A stretch of DNA of 64,000 bases. Origin: Fibrobacteria bacterium. GTDB taxonomy: Bacteria > Fibrobacterota > Fibrobacteria > UBA11236. Positions 37,496 to 46,908 of this stretch are shown one piece after another. Numbering within the stretch: the stretch's first letter is position 1; every line of letters starts with the position of its first letter. Under the pieces are notes generated by a model. It saw only the letters and a list, made by a program, of their open reading frames with translations. It was not told the DNA's origin and did no database searches. The stretch lies in NCBI GenBank assembly GCA_041746255.1, contig JBGTHM010000099.1, positions 1-64,000 on the forward strand. Reading direction: 5' to 3'. The position numbers and the translations under genes were made by a program.

Positions 37496-38562
37496 CGATA
37501 GGCGGAGAGAGTTTCCCGAGCGGTGCCTTCCCAGGAAAAGCGGGCGCAATTCCTATATCCTTTGTCTACTATCGCGGAAAATTCCAGTGAGCCTCGGTGG
37601 CATCGAGACATTAAGTCCGTCAAGCCGTCCAAGTCTCCATTTTCAAAATAGAGGCATCCCGATCCCCCGATTTCGGTTAAGCTGGAATTAGCCGCGGAAA
37701 TAACGGGACAACCTTGGGATTGGGCTTCTAGAATGGGAAACCCGAACCCTTCATATAAGGACGGGTAGATCAGTGCGGCGGCTTGTCGGTAAAGTAGCCG
37801 AAGTTCATCATCTGAAAGGTACCCTTTGAAGGTCACATGTTTTTCCATACCCAAGTGAGCAATTAAAGGGGCTAGATGGGATTGTTTCCAGCCTTTTGCA
37901 CCGACAATATCCAAATTCTGGGCTATCCCGTATTTTTCTTTGAGTCGATGCAAAGCCCTGATGGCCAGTTCCAGATTTTTACCGGGTTCCAAAGTTCCGA
38001 CTGCCAGAAAATTTCCTCGTTCCGTCGATTCAGGTTCCCTGGAAATAACAAATTTGCACGCGAGGTGCACGACGCGGGATTTACCCCGTGCCGATGGATA
38101 ATGCGACTGCAAGTCGCGCATGGTATTCATGGAATCGCACAGGATGGTTATGGGTTTTCTGCAAGAGAGGCTTATTCCCAAACCGAGGTAGATTCGTTTG
38201 AGAAGTCCGAATCGGGCGGGTAAAACTTTATGGCATAAGTCATGTATGGTCACGACTTGCCTTTTACGGGAAAAAAGGATAGCGACATTTCCCACCGAAT
38301 GCACCACCTCGAAACGCCATAGGAAAAATGGAAGAATGACTTGGGAGATTGCTACTTTTCCCAATATTGATTTAACGGGAAAGTGCTTGATGCGCACCTT
38401 TTCAGGCAAAGGGGTCAAAGAGGCCGCGGCTGTCGAATTGGTAAAAATGGTGATCGATTGAATCTCCGGATTTTCAGCCAGCGCCAGGGTTAACATTCGG
38501 GTGTAATATCCGATCCCGGCTAGGTTTGCCGGAAGGGTCAATGCATTCAAGGCAATGCGCAT
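37489..38562 (-). CDS. Glycosyltransferase family 4 (mannosyltransferase-like)
   Basis: AGIGYY, TIHDL, VGTLEPGKNL, YPSLYEGFGFPILEA, FSWE. Confidence 0.92.
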   Translation of the reverse strand: MRIALNALTLPANLAGIGYYTRMLTLALAENPEIQSITIFTNSTAAASLTPLPEKVRIKHFPVKSILGKVAISQVILPFFLWRFEVVHSVGNVAILFSRKRQVVTIHDLCHKVLPARFGLLKRIYLGLGISLSCRKPITILCDSMNTMRDLQSHYPSARGKSRVVHLACKFVISREPESTERGNFLAVGTLEPGKNLELAIRALHRLKEKYGIAQNLDIVGAKGWKQSHLAPLIAHLGMEKHVTFKGYLSDDELRLLYRQAAALIYPSLYEGFGFPILEAQSQGCPVISAANSSLTEIGGSGCLYFENGDLDGLTDLMSRCHRGSLEFSAIVDKGYRNCARFSWEGTARETLSAYRQ

Positions 38563-38588
38563 GGTCAGTCGACAAAATTTAAAAGGGT

Positions 38589-39377
38589 GTGATTGAAATG
38601 CTGAGTAGGCTCGGAAAGCTCCTTAAGCCCAAAAACCTTTGGCTCCTGACGGGAGCGAAAAAGGGATTTTGCCCCGTGTGCCGACGGTCCACTTTGTTCG
38701 TCTTTCCGGATCCTCCGGCAACTGTCAGAAATCATGCCATGTGCGTGTTTTGTCGAAGCGCTTCCCGGAATCGTCATCTCGCCAAATGCATTTTGGACGA
38801 ATTTCGCGGAAAGGGTATCGTCCGCCTGTCCGATTTTTCCCGACGCCCGGAGCTTCGGGTTTTCCATACGGCTTCCGGAGGCATCATAAGCGACGCTTTG
38901 GGTAAGGGGAAAAACATTGTGAGGGCCGAGTTTTTCGAAGGCGTGTCTCCCGGAGATTACCAGGGCGGAGTGCTTTGCCAGGATTTGGAAAACCTTACTT
39001 TTCCTTCCGATTTCTTCGATTTGATTATTTCGGAGGATGTATTTGAGCATCTTAAAGATTATTCCCGGGGGTTTGCCGAAGTCCATCGAGTGTTAAAGCC
39101 GGGTGGATGCCATATTTTTTCCATTCCCTTTTATTTCGACCGAAAGACCGAATCGCTATTTCGCCGAATCGAAAGCAGCTATGAGCCGATTGGTCCCATT
39201 GAATACCATGGGGATCCGATTCGAGGGCAAATCCCGGCTTATTCCCGATTCGGTTATGACTTACTCGAATTTCTTCGCTCAAACGGCTATTCTGTAAAGG
39301 TTGAAATCTCACAATTTGAAGAAAATATCCGTTACGGTACTTACAATAGTTATACCTTCATGACCTGGAAGTTGTAA
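38589..39377 (+). CDS. SAM-dependent methyltransferase with N-terminal CxxC..CxxC
   Basis: CPVC..CVFC..RNR, QDLENLTF, FDLIISEDVFEHL, RVLKPGG, EYHGDP. Confidence 0.85.
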   Translation: MIEMLSRLGKLLKPKNLWLLTGAKKGFCPVCRRSTLFVFPDPPATVRNHAMCVFCRSASRNRHLAKCILDEFRGKGIVRLSDFSRRPELRVFHTASGGIISDALGKGKNIVRAEFFEGVSPGDYQGGVLCQDLENLTFPSDFFDLIISEDVFEHLKDYSRGFAEVHRVLKPGGCHIFSIPFYFDRKTESLFRRIESSYEPIGPIEYHGDPIRGQIPAYSRFGYDLLEFLRSNGYSVKVEISQFEENIRYGTYNSYTFMTWKL

Positions 39378-39407
39378 TTTTGAGTCCGACGCGCCCCTCG
39401 AAAAACC

Positions 39408-41063
39408 TCATGGGGACTTTTGGTAAATCATAATCGTGATAACCAGACTTAAAATTGCCGGAACCATTTGAATAATTGGCATATAAACCGACATATACCG
39501 TTTAAATTCGATTGACGAAGGCACTACGATGATGTCTCCGGCCGCGAGTTCATTCACCCCTTTTATTTTAACCAGCTTTTGGTAATTCCCTATTAGGAAT
39601 TCATTCTGCCTGTCCGCTCTTCTGGAATATCCTCCTGCCTGTTTTATATAATACGAGGTGGTCTTTCCCTTCACATAGGGATATGCTCCGGGTCTCTCAA
39701 CGCCTCCGCTCACGTGCACAAATTTTTCCGGTTCCGGGAAATAAATTTCATCTCCATCACTCAATTTAATGTGACCACGGTGGTTTTTTATTTCCACGAT
39801 GCGATAGTCGCCCATTTTATGTAGGTCGAAAAGGGAAGCATTAATTTCCGGTCTGGATTTCTGCAAATTTATCAAAGCCATATCCATCTGTTGACGGGAG
39901 GAAATTTCCTGGGAATAATTCTCATCAATGAATGGATTCTTCCCACCGTTTTCGGAGTTGAAAACGGTTTTCGCGGATTGGAGGACATAGGCATTTTCAA
40001 AGGTTCCGGAGCCAACCAGGCCGCCAGCGAGACTCAACACGTCGGCCACCGTGGTCTCATTTTCGACTATGGGATACTTTCCGGGTCGGGCGACATTCCC
40101 TCCAATGGATACTACGGTAATTCGATTCGGGCGGCTATTTCCCGGAACGGTTACTACGGAATTGTTGGGAATGAGGACGCTCGGTGCTTGGGCCAGTGAG
40201 TATTTCATGATTTCGGGCATTCCCCTCGCATTTTGGGTTTGGACATAGATGGAGGTGGTGTCTGCGGAGGATTTCAACCGTACGATATCGAGAATATCCT
40301 CTAAAGTTTCGTTTTTCTTTATAGGTATCCACTCCGCATCGAAATCGATTACTTCCCCGGTTACCATTGCTCTTCGATTGACCGATTCGAGCGTGATATT
40401 GTCTCCGGGATAGAGATAGGGGTTCTGGGAAAGATCATGGCGTACCATAAAGCGTAGTAGATCGAATATCTGGGTGGAATCCCTATTGGAGATCTTGACT
40501 TCGCGAAAATTATAGGCTCTGATATCCGGCACTCGTTGCAAATTGGCCGTTGTTATGGCGTCAAGCAGACGCTTGGTGCCCTCCAAGCGGTGGGTACCTG
40601 GGTTGGACAGGATACCGCCCACGGTCACAACCGGGCTTTTCGGAGCTTGGAGATTGACGTAAATTTCATGGTTTTTTTTCAATATCCCCTTAACTTGGTG
40701 GGCTATGATATTTTTCGCTTCGATTAAGGGAATTTTTCCTAGTGTTATCAATCCCAAATCAGAGATATAAAGATTTCCATCCTGATCTACCGTCGCGAAA
40801 TATTGTTGACTCGGCATTCCGACTATGGATACTTGAAAAACATCGCCACCGCCCACGATATAGTTTTCCGGATCAATGGAATTGTCCAAGGTGGTTGCTG
40901 ACGCGTTCATCCCCTGGCCTGTCGCTCCCAAGTCTCCGAATATGCGCTTTTTCATGGCGGAAGAAAGATCGAGGGCACTCGAATTTTGCAATGTAAGAAC
41001 AAGCGCCATCAGCGCCAGGGGCATGTAAATGCGCTGAGTCATCAATGCGGGTCCGCCTTTCAT
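39408..41063 (-). CDS. Wza/KpsD-like polysaccharide export protein with several SLBB domains
   Basis: IDPENYIVGGGD (Poly_export), GNVARPGKYP, VSGGVERPGAYPY..YYIKQAGG, GDIIVVP, C-terminal helix. Alternative start at 41042. Confidence 0.85.
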   Translation of the reverse strand: MKGGPALMTQRIYMPLALMALVLTLQNSSALDLSSAMKKRIFGDLGATGQGMNASATTLDNSIDPENYIVGGGDVFQVSIVGMPSQQYFATVDQDGNLYISDLGLITLGKIPLIEAKNIIAHQVKGILKKNHEIYVNLQAPKSPVVTVGGILSNPGTHRLEGTKRLLDAITTANLQRVPDIRAYNFREVKISNRDSTQIFDLLRFMVRHDLSQNPYLYPGDNITLESVNRRAMVTGEVIDFDAEWIPIKKNETLEDILDIVRLKSSADTTSIYVQTQNARGMPEIMKYSLAQAPSVLIPNNSVVTVPGNSRPNRITVVSIGGNVARPGKYPIVENETTVADVLSLAGGLVGSGTFENAYVLQSAKTVFNSENGGKNPFIDENYSQEISSRQQMDMALINLQKSRPEINASLFDLHKMGDYRIVEIKNHRGHIKLSDGDEIYFPEPEKFVHVSGGVERPGAYPYVKGKTTSYYIKQAGGYSRRADRQNEFLIGNYQKLVKIKGVNELAAGDIIVVPSSIEFKRYMSVYMPIIQMVPAILSLVITIMIYQKSP

Positions 41064-42748
41064 AAATATTTCACTACGAACTCCCCCGAAACTACGGGAG
41101 TACTAAATTTTGGTTTTGGACTTTCCCGTCCATTATCGATGAATGACCAGCCTGCGGCCAATCGGTATGAGACCCAATATCCGTGGGAAAAGGTTGATTC
41201 CAAGCGCCAATCATTCCGGATTGCGGTTCCCTCCGATAGGAACTCCTTGGTAGTTCCATCAATCATGGCGTCGTGGATATGGAATAGGGAGGCGCCTCTG
41301 GCGTCCGCCCCCATTTGCTCAACGGTATAGTTTAGTCCAATTTGCATATACGAGGTCAGCGTTTGCCTTAAGCTAATTTTCATGCCATGCGAATTCGGCG
41401 GCAACGAACTTCCCAACAAATGCCCGAAATGCTGCATCTGGTTATCCGACGTATGATGGCCAAATACCCACGGTTCCACCCTGGCATATTCCATTCCCAA
41501 AGAGGCTCCTGGCAGAAATAAATCCACCGTTTCCAATCCAACCGAAAAGGCGTACTTGTTACCCCAATAATCACCGAGCAACTCGGCCGGATTGAGCAAG
41601 TCGTCCAGAAATAAATCGGCATACATCCTAATCCCACGCATAGGAACCCAACTCGCGTCGAATCCCATTCCGATATTATCGCGGTCTCCCAGGTAATGTT
41701 CAGCCACGAAGAGGGGAACCAGCGGCAGGGCATAGGTCGGCTCAAATGGACGACTGTAAACAACAATTTCATAAATGCCCAATTTGACGTTCCGTGGCAG
41801 TTCCGTCTCCAGGCGGTGAGCGGAAACATAAGCGGAAGAATCGCTGAACAGTCCCGTTCTCTTGGCGAAGAACTTGGTATAGCGAAAGGGTCCCATCTCG
41901 AATACCGTGCGCGCTTGCAACATGGGTGCTCCCTGACCGGGATATTCGTAGCCTCGGCGGTATGTGCCGGGAAAGGGGTCTCCTTTGTAGCCACTGCCTT
42001 CGTCAAAAGCAGGGGATTCCTTGACCCAAAACCAGGGAGCTGTGGAAAAGGAGGGGTGTTGCCATTGACCGAATCCCCATTGGTTCCAATCGTAACCTGC
42101 GTCCAATCTGAACCCGGTGGCTTTGTAGGAAAATACGGCACGATAGCCGTCGAAAGTGCTGACATTGTCCAAATCATCCGGATCGCCATTACGGCCTTGT
42201 TCCGCATTGTAGGGTAAACCCCGCTGCGGATCGTAATTCATCTTGAAACGGGGATGGTAGGAACGTTCGGACCCGATAAAGGCTCCGGCGGTGAAGGACA
42301 GGTTATTCGATAGGGAGCCATCCACCTGAGCGCCCAGCGTTCCGAATCCATAGGTGTCCGCATGAGGTACCGAGTCCTGATGGAAAATGCCGGTATAGTA
42401 ACGAACCGACCCCAATAAGGACTGTTCACCAGCGCTCCATGCCAGGGGTGAATTTGTGATGCGCAAAGAATCGTCCAATTCCCGGCGAAAATCACGAACC
42501 CTCGCCCTTTCCCAAGGGGTAAGGGAGGCTTCCGTCTCAGCGGCAATACGAAGGGCCGACAATACTTCGCGCTTGGATAGCGGCAGACTTCCGAGTGGGA
42601 GAGATGGGATGGCCTTCTTTACCTCCAATGAGCGTAAAAAGGGATAGACGGGATGTCCGGCTTCGATGGGCTGCGCCATCGGGGCGCGCTGCCAGGAAGG
42701 AATTCCCACGGTACAGATAAAAAAGAGCACTTTTATGTTTCGAATCAC
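41060..42748 (-). CDS. Capsule assembly Wzi-family outer-membrane protein
   Basis: HPVYPFLRSL..PLS N-terminus, YVSAHRLE, GIYEIVVY, GDRDNIGMGFD, YADLFLDD, EYARVEPW, LG..LPPNS. Confidence 0.75.
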   Translation of the reverse strand: MIRNIKVLFFICTVGIPSWQRAPMAQPIEAGHPVYPFLRSLEVKKAIPSLPLGSLPLSKREVLSALRIAAETEASLTPWERARVRDFRRELDDSLRITNSPLAWSAGEQSLLGSVRYYTGIFHQDSVPHADTYGFGTLGAQVDGSLSNNLSFTAGAFIGSERSYHPRFKMNYDPQRGLPYNAEQGRNGDPDDLDNVSTFDGYRAVFSYKATGFRLDAGYDWNQWGFGQWQHPSFSTAPWFWVKESPAFDEGSGYKGDPFPGTYRRGYEYPGQGAPMLQARTVFEMGPFRYTKFFAKRTGLFSDSSAYVSAHRLETELPRNVKLGIYEIVVYSRPFEPTYALPLVPLFVAEHYLGDRDNIGMGFDASWVPMRGIRMYADLFLDDLLNPAELLGDYWGNKYAFSVGLETVDLFLPGASLGMEYARVEPWVFGHHTSDNQMQHFGHLLGSSLPPNSHGMKISLRQTLTSYMQIGLNYTVEQMGADARGASLFHIHDAMIDGTTKEFLSEGTAIRNDWRLESTFSHGYWVSYRLAAGWSFIDNGRESPKPKFSTPVVSGEFVVKYL

Positions 42749-43761
42749 TGATTGTTCAAGAAGGCGAGCGCCTCTTCCGCTCTGCGTTTGTCGCCGTTAT
42801 TGTAATAAACCGCGGCGATATTTTCCACGCCGATACGCCCCTGCATGCTTCCCAACTTGAACGCAGCGGTGAATTCTTCCAAGGCATTTTCGTAGCGCTT
42901 TTGGCGAAAAAGGATAATGGCACGCTTCAAATGGACGTCCGGCTTACGGATGCCTGCCCGAATGGCCTCTTCCAGCGCGAGCAAAGCCAGATAATCCATA
43001 TCCCTGCCTTCATGGATGGAAGCGATGCGCAGGTAATATTCCAATCTTTGCGGCGCCATGACAAGGCCTTCTTCATAGGCCCGCACCGCCTTGGTCTCCT
43101 TCCCGTCGGATTGATAGAGATGGCCCAGGTAAAAATAGGCCTGGGCCGTAGCCGTGGTCATGAGTAGAGCGTCTTCCATTACCTTCTGGGCGCTTTCGAA
43201 ATCACGCACCTTCGCGTAGGCTTCCGCCATGGCGAAATGGATGTCGACCTGGTCCGGCTCGATTTTGAGGGCGGCTTCGAAATTACGTAAGGCTTCGGTG
43301 GCGTCTCCGGCTTTGAGTGCGGATTCGCCTATGATGCGGTAGGCCGACAAGGTGGGCCCGTCTATTTCCAGTACCCGGGTCAGGCTGGCTACGGCATCTC
43401 CCAAAGCGCCCATTTCGTAAAACACTTCCCCGAGCAAGAGCCAGGCCCGGGAAAATTCCGGCGCCTCTTCGATGGCCCGTCGGTAGGCGATTACGGCTTT
43501 GGGATAATCTCCGTTTTGTACATGGCAATTCCCCAGGTTGAACCAGGCGAAGACCCGGTTCTGCGGGGTTTTGGTGGCCTCGTAATAAAGGGCGGCGGCT
43601 CCGTTGAAATCGCCTTTTTCATAAAGCTGGTTGCCGCGCTGCAGTGGCGGCAGGTTTGGCGCCGGCGGATTGGATGATGAAAACGCATAGGATAACAGAA
43701 GGAAAAGAGCGGTCGCCTTGAGCTTCGCGGTAATCCCGGACGATGCAAAGATTTTGCGCAT
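42745..43761 (-). CDS. Periplasmic tetratricopeptide-repeat protein (TtpD-like position)
   Basis: Signal peptide and repeated TPR motifs (AWFNLGN, AWLLLGE, AYFYLGH). Confidence 0.88.
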   Translation of the reverse strand: MRKIFASSGITAKLKATALFLLLSYAFSSSNPPAPNLPPLQRGNQLYEKGDFNGAAALYYEATKTPQNRVFAWFNLGNCHVQNGDYPKAVIAYRRAIEEAPEFSRAWLLLGEVFYEMGALGDAVASLTRVLEIDGPTLSAYRIIGESALKAGDATEALRNFEAALKIEPDQVDIHFAMAEAYAKVRDFESAQKVMEDALLMTTATAQAYFYLGHLYQSDGKETKAVRAYEEGLVMAPQRLEYYLRIASIHEGRDMDYLALLALEEAIRAGIRKPDVHLKRAIILFRQKRYENALEEFTAAFKLGSMQGRIGVENIAAVYYNNGDKRRAEEALAFLNNQ

Positions 43762-43762
43762 G

Positions 43763-44419
43763 TCAGTTCACCTCGAAAATAATCGGAAGTTTGAAGCGCT
43801 GACGCACGGGAACATTTTGCAGGGTTGCGGGACGGAAACGCAGGTTACGCGCGTATTTGAGGGCTTCGCCCACGAAACCGTACCCCTTGGGGTTTTCTTC
43901 GAGAACCTGCAACTCTTCTACGAACCCGCGCTCGTTCACCACGAAAAGCAGATCAACCCGGCCGCCAACTCCTTCTCGCCGGGCTCGTGGCGGTACTTGC
44001 GGGTCTCCGGGACGGTTGACCAACTGGGCGTCGGTATCGGTGGCGCCCATATCATAAGTCATTACGCCGGGGCCCGAGCCCGAGCCGATGGTGCCTGAGC
44101 TGCCGCTACCCTGGGCCAAGGCGGGACCCGAACCTCCGGCCGGACTTAAATCCAGTTTCAGGCCGCCCACCGACATGGGGCGAGGGGCGGATTCGGGCCG
44201 CTGCCGTGGCTCCACCGTTTTGATTTCCTTGATCTCGCGTTTGTCCATTTCCTGCCTCTCGGGGGGCGTATAGACGATTTCCCTTTCGACATCTTTGTTG
44301 AGAGCAGCCTTCACCTCATCTTGCCTTAGGAAGGCATGGATAGCGGGTACCAACAGGATCAAAGCCAGGTTGATACCCAGGGCAGACAGAAAAAGGACGA
44401 TGCGTACGCGTATGTTCAT
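43763..44419 (-). CDS. tonB: Energy transducer TonB
   Basis: N-terminal TM helix, Gly/Ser linker, C-terminal PPRARREGVGGRVDLLFVVNERGFV..LRFRPA. Confidence 0.88.
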   Translation of the reverse strand: MNIRVRIVLFLSALGINLALILLVPAIHAFLRQDEVKAALNKDVEREIVYTPPERQEMDKREIKEIKTVEPRQRPESAPRPMSVGGLKLDLSPAGGSGPALAQGSGSSGTIGSGSGPGVMTYDMGATDTDAQLVNRPGDPQVPPRARREGVGGRVDLLFVVNERGFVEELQVLEENPKGYGFVGEALKYARNLRFRPATLQNVPVRQRFKLPIIFEVN

Positions 44420-44832
44420 TCCTTAACCGAAGAAATGGAAACCTTTTTCACATCGGCCAGATTACACTCGTCCAGAACGTCTACCGTTGTGGCGATGGAA
44501 GCCTCCCTATCGGCCACGATAACCACCGCGCGATTGGGGTCCTGCGCCATATATCGCTTGAGAATGGTTCCCAATCCCCTCAGGGTGGCGGGACTTTCAT
44601 TGACATGAATGTTACCCTCCCGAGTAATCCCGATGAGAATGGGCTGTTTGCTCAGAATTTGCGAGGTGCTGGCCTTGGGCTTGTTAATATCCAGGCCCAT
44701 TTCCTCGGTGAAGGTACTGGTTATCACGAAGAAGATAAGCAGGAAAAAAAGCATGTCGATCAAATTGATGAGATTCAGTTCCGCGGTTCGCCGCGGCCGG
44801 CGAACAATGCCGAAATGCTGCGCCTCTTTCAT
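44416..44832 (-). CDS. exbD: ExbD/TolR family protein
   Basis: NLINLIDMLFFLLIFFVITSTF, VVIVADREA. Confidence 0.92.
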   Translation of the reverse strand: MKEAQHFGIVRRPRRTAELNLINLIDMLFFLLIFFVITSTFTEEMGLDINKPKASTSQILSKQPILIGITREGNIHVNESPATLRGLGTILKRYMAQDPNRAVVIVADREASIATTVDVLDECNLADVKKVSISSVKE

Positions 44833-45383
44833 GCCCAGACCTCTCCCTCAGGTGTGCCGGTGATGCCCAATGCCGTTCGCAGCGAATCGCTTTCGATTTC
44901 GTCGGCCCGGTTCTGCAAGTGGTTATGTAAAAGAATGAGCGGAAATGCCACCACCAGTCCGGCTTTGGTGGTCAAGAGCGCCTTGGCGATGCCGCCGGCC
45001 ATCATGGCGGGATTGCCGGCGCCATACAGAGTAATCACGTGGAAGGTGGCCATGATCCCCGAAACCGTTCCCAGTAATCCCAATAAGGGAGCCGCCGCCG
45101 CTATCACCGAAATGGTGGAAAGTCGGTCATGCAAGGCGGGCAGGCTTTTGTGGAGGCTCTCGCGGGCGCGGTTGCGGGTAGCCTGTTCGCCCAAGGGATG
45201 GGTTGCGGCGAGGGTTTGTTCCAGTTCGCGTCGCATACGCGCTTCCGCGGTACGGAAATACCACCAGCGTTCCAAGGCGAGGTACCACCCGACCTGGCCG
45301 AGGACGAATATGGCCAGCATAATCCAACCACCCTGCCGGGTGATATGCCAAATCTCCTGCATCGCGAATTCAAAGTCGGTCAT
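44829..45383 (-). CDS. exbB: MotA/TolQ/ExbB proton channel
   Basis: AAPLLGLLGTVSGI..F, AGGIAKALLTTKAGL. Confidence 0.9.
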   Translation of the reverse strand: MTDFEFAMQEIWHITRQGGWIMLAIFVLGQVGWYLALERWWYFRTAEARMRRELEQTLAATHPLGEQATRNRARESLHKSLPALHDRLSTISVIAAAAPLLGLLGTVSGIMATFHVITLYGAGNPAMMAGGIAKALLTTKAGLVVAFPLILLHNHLQNRADEIESDSLRTALGITGTPEGEVWA

Positions 45384-45414
45384 TTTTCATCCATGGCACC
45401 CATCGAAGGCAAGG

Positions 45415-46908
45415 CTAATCCTGCGGCCAGAGCGCGTTCAGCGATTTAACCGAAAAGAGCTGCATTTCGTTGACGATTCTGTCCACGCGATTGGCGAGAT
45501 AATTATGGACCAAGAGCGCCGGTACGGCGATTATCAAACCCGCTTCCGTGGTAATCAATGCTTCGCCGATGCCTCCAGCCAAAAGTTTCGGGTCGTTGAC
45601 TCCGAATTGGGTGATGGAGTGGAACATGGCGATAAGCCCGGATACGGTTCCCAGCAGTCCCAACAGAGGGGCGGCCGCACCCAAAACCGAAATGGTGGTC
45701 AAATGCTTCTCCAAGGCCGGAATTTCGCGCAGCATGACTTCCTGCACCGATTTTTCGGCTTGCTGCCTACTGTTGTCCCGATTGGAAGCCACCGTTTTGA
45801 TAAGGCCCATTACCAGATTATGCGGGCGTTTCTCGCATATGGCTAATGTCTCATCATAGTTTCCGGCTTCGAGCGCTTTAATGGCATTGGCGTAAACGTC
45901 GGGGTTGGCGGAACGCCGACGGGTGAGGTAAGTGATTTTTCGGGTGAAAAGTATTGCAATTACAACCGGTAAAATCAGCAGCGGAATCATGAATACTCCG
46001 CCGATTTTGATGGCGGCGATCAACCCACCCCAAAATCCCAGCTTCTCCTGTTGGGTATACCCCTTTCCCTGAGTTTGATTGGGGAGCAAATCGACGGGTA
46101 CCAGAAAGGTTTCGCCGGTTCTCGCCGCGGCTTGATCCAGGGCTTTTGACAAGGCTTCCGTGGCGGATATGGGTATATCCTCCCGCCATTCGTATCGCGT
46201 TCCGGACACGGAGGGTGAGGTTAACAACAAGCCGACGCGTCCGCTTTCCTGGTCGCGATAGGCCTTGGTTATCGCTCCCAGCCGCAGCAAGGTGCCTTGG
46301 GAAGGCATGTCGTTCGCCCCTACGAAACTGGCGGGCTCGGCGACAACCTCACGGCTGAGACGGATTTCAGCCTTCTCGAATTCCAGCAAGGCACGTAAAA
46401 CCTCATGGGGTGAATCCTTTTTGATGTCCCCGGCCTGACGCAAACGGTTTAGGCGCTCGAGTCTTTCCGTCATCTTGGCGGGAAATCCCTTATCCAACTG
46501 AGCCGCCAAGATTTGCATTCTTTCCAGCATGAGACCATTGAGAGCGAGGAAGGAGCGTTGCTCCGATTCCAAATCCGCTTCCCATCTTTCCGCATCCCTT
46601 AGATAGCCTTGTAATTCCTCGTGCAACCTGTCGCCTTCGAAATTCTGGGTTTCCACCCGCAATTTGATTTCATCGTACTCCTGATTGAACTTTTCGCGGG
46701 CTTCCATGTCGACACGACGGTCTTCCCACCTTTTGGAAACGATGCGATCGCGTAAGCGTTTCGCCTCCTCCAGTTCGATTTTAAGCGCCTCAAGCTGGTC
46801 AGCCCTATCGTCGGCGCGAACCTGGGAATGGGCGGGGAGAGTAAGCATTATGGCGGACAGGACAACGAAAACCATGGGGAAATATTTGTGAAGCCGCGAG
46901 TAGGTCAT
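45415..46908 (-). CDS. TtpC-like protein: periplasmic coiled-coil/DUF3450-like domain plus ExbB channel
   Basis: Signal peptide, long coiled coil, C-terminal AAPLLGLLGTVSGLI..AGGIGEALITTEAGL. Confidence 0.85.
   Translation of the reverse strand: MTYSRLHKYFPMVFVVLSAIMLTLPAHSQVRADDRADQLEALKIELEEAKRLRDRIVSKRWEDRRVDMEAREKFNQEYDEIKLRVETQNFEGDRLHEELQGYLRDAERWEADLESEQRSFLALNGLMLERMQILAAQLDKGFPAKMTERLERLNRLRQAGDIKKDSPHEVLRALLEFEKAEIRLSREVVAEPASFVGANDMPSQGTLLRLGAITKAYRDQESGRVGLLLTSPSVSGTRYEWREDIPISATEALSKALDQAAARTGETFLVPVDLLPNQTQGKGYTQQEKLGFWGGLIAAIKIGGVFMIPLLILPVVIAILFTRKITYLTRRRSANPDVYANAIKALEAGNYDETLAICEKRPHNLVMGLIKTVASNRDNSRQQAEKSVQEVMLREIPALEKHLTTISVLGAAAPLLGLLGTVSGLIAMFHSITQFGVNDPKLLAGGIGEALITTEAGLIIAVPALLVHNYLANRVDRIVNEMQLFSVKSLNALWPQD

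Noticed and set aside
42691..42700. GCCAGGAAGG match to the tRNA-Lys 3' region as an att site
   Set aside because: Only 10 bp and inside a coding sequence; expected by chance.
44605..45846. 413-aa plus-strand ORF, and similar long antisense ORFs at 48211-49458, 22477-23457 and 11648-12601
   Set aside because: Shadow frames opposite well-supported genes, with no recognisable motifs.
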